From Stegostoma tigrinum (lineage: Eukaryota), in the NCBI RefSeq assembly GCF_030684315.1, contig NC_081392.1, positions 620,001-684,000 on the forward strand: DNA of 64,000 nt, given 5' to 3'. Every line of letters starts with the position of its first letter. Position 1 is the stretch's first letter. The position numbers and the translations under genes were made by a program. Under the pieces are notes generated by a model that saw only the letters and a program-made list of their open reading frames with translations, made no database searches and was not told where the DNA came from. Positions 63,161 to 64,000 of the stretch are shown here, in pieces.

Positions 63161-63746
63161 TTACCAGTTCAGCTGCAGCCAATGTTAACCTTTGTTATGT
63201 TTAAAAATTTATCCAATGTCTCTACACTGGCACAGTTAATTAAAATTACAATATTTAAAAGACATTTAGACTGGTACATGGGTCGGAAGGGTTTTGAAGG
63301 ATATGGACCAAATGTAGGTAAATAGAACTAGTTCAATTTTGGATATCTGGTTGGCATGGACAAGTTGGGTCAAAGGTCTATTTTTATACTGTTTGATTCT
63401 ATAACTTTAAATATTGTATATTTACTAGAACTGCAATTAGTCCAGTTGAATATGATACTTTTTTGTTGTATTGCCTTGCATTCTTGCTCAACATTCAGAG
63501 ACCAAATTCAATAATTCTGTTGTGCCTATGTTATCTCTATTTCTGCTTATGTTAGGGATCTTCAGTTATGTTGTCTCAAGGCAATGAATTAACACATTTC
63601 CTCAAGGGCAATGAATTAACACATCTTCCACTGTAAAGATCATACTTATTTTACCAAGTTCCTGTGTTTCAACTCCCTCAACCAAACCCTGCATAAAATT
63701 ATTAATTTAAACAACTTTCTCGAGCACAGGGAATATAATCACTTAC

Positions 63747-63790
63747 CGAAAATGACCAGCTTCGTCCCATTTCCAAAATAAGCTTCGTTA
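63747..63790 (-). CDS. TRBJ: TCR beta J segment, intact (NEAYFGNGTKLVIF)
   Basis: FGXG motif and donor G|GTAAGT (63746-63741). Phase is compatible with TRBC exon 1. Confidence 0.95.
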
Positions 63791-63818
63791 CACAGTGGTA
63801 CCAAGCTGCAGCAAAACC
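63791..63818 (+). other. 12-spacer RSS of the intact J
   Basis: CACAGTG + 12 nt (GTACCAAGCTGC) + AGCAAAACC (7/9 to ACAAAAACC). Confidence 0.9.
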
Positions 63819-64000
63819 ACGCTCAAGTCTGTGTTACTAAGTTTATTCTGTTGAAGTTCCTATTATAGTTCCTAACTGGCCTTAGGGGGCATAGGATAAG
63901 TGGTGACAATTCACTCTTTAGATCCTCTTTCACTATTCAATTACATCATGATTTATTGGTATCTCAAATCCATTACCCCACCAGGATTATTTAACCCTTA

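Noticed and set aside
63575-63625. ~26-bp tandem duplication near the intact J (also ~35 bp at 16192-16256)
   Set aside because: Ordinary slippage duplications; two units only, not an array or CRISPR.

Overview
This is vertebrate genomic DNA. The CR1 LINE, HE1-like tRNA SINE and Penelope repeat content points to a cartilaginous fish (shark; species not determinable). The window holds the 3' end of a T-cell receptor beta locus. On the minus strand are one intact J segment with a 12-RSS (63747-63790), three J pseudogenes with different lesions (60085-60134, 59096-59148, 58001-58048) and a complete four-exon TRBC gene (47016-52213). About 34-42 kb downstream of C, on the opposite (+) strand, is a small cluster of V segments facing back toward C: one apparently functional V with leader and 23-RSS (10518-11212), one pseudogene paralogue (12426-13068) and older relics. 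These would rearrange by inversion, like mammalian TRBV30. Both well-preserved inverted Vs carry a non-canonical C-x-x-Y-x-S-C cysteine pair in a short CDR2 region. Between C and the inverted Vs lie a candidate T-cell enhancer, a CTCF-like site and a deleted LTR retroviral element with a tRNA-Ser primer site. Also seen: a CR1 inserted inside a J RSS spacer, hammerhead-ribozyme cores in Penelope-derived hairpins, and a tandem duplication with a locally templated inverted insert. Most listed short ORFs are repeat-derived or spurious. Repeat boundaries were set by eye and are approximate.
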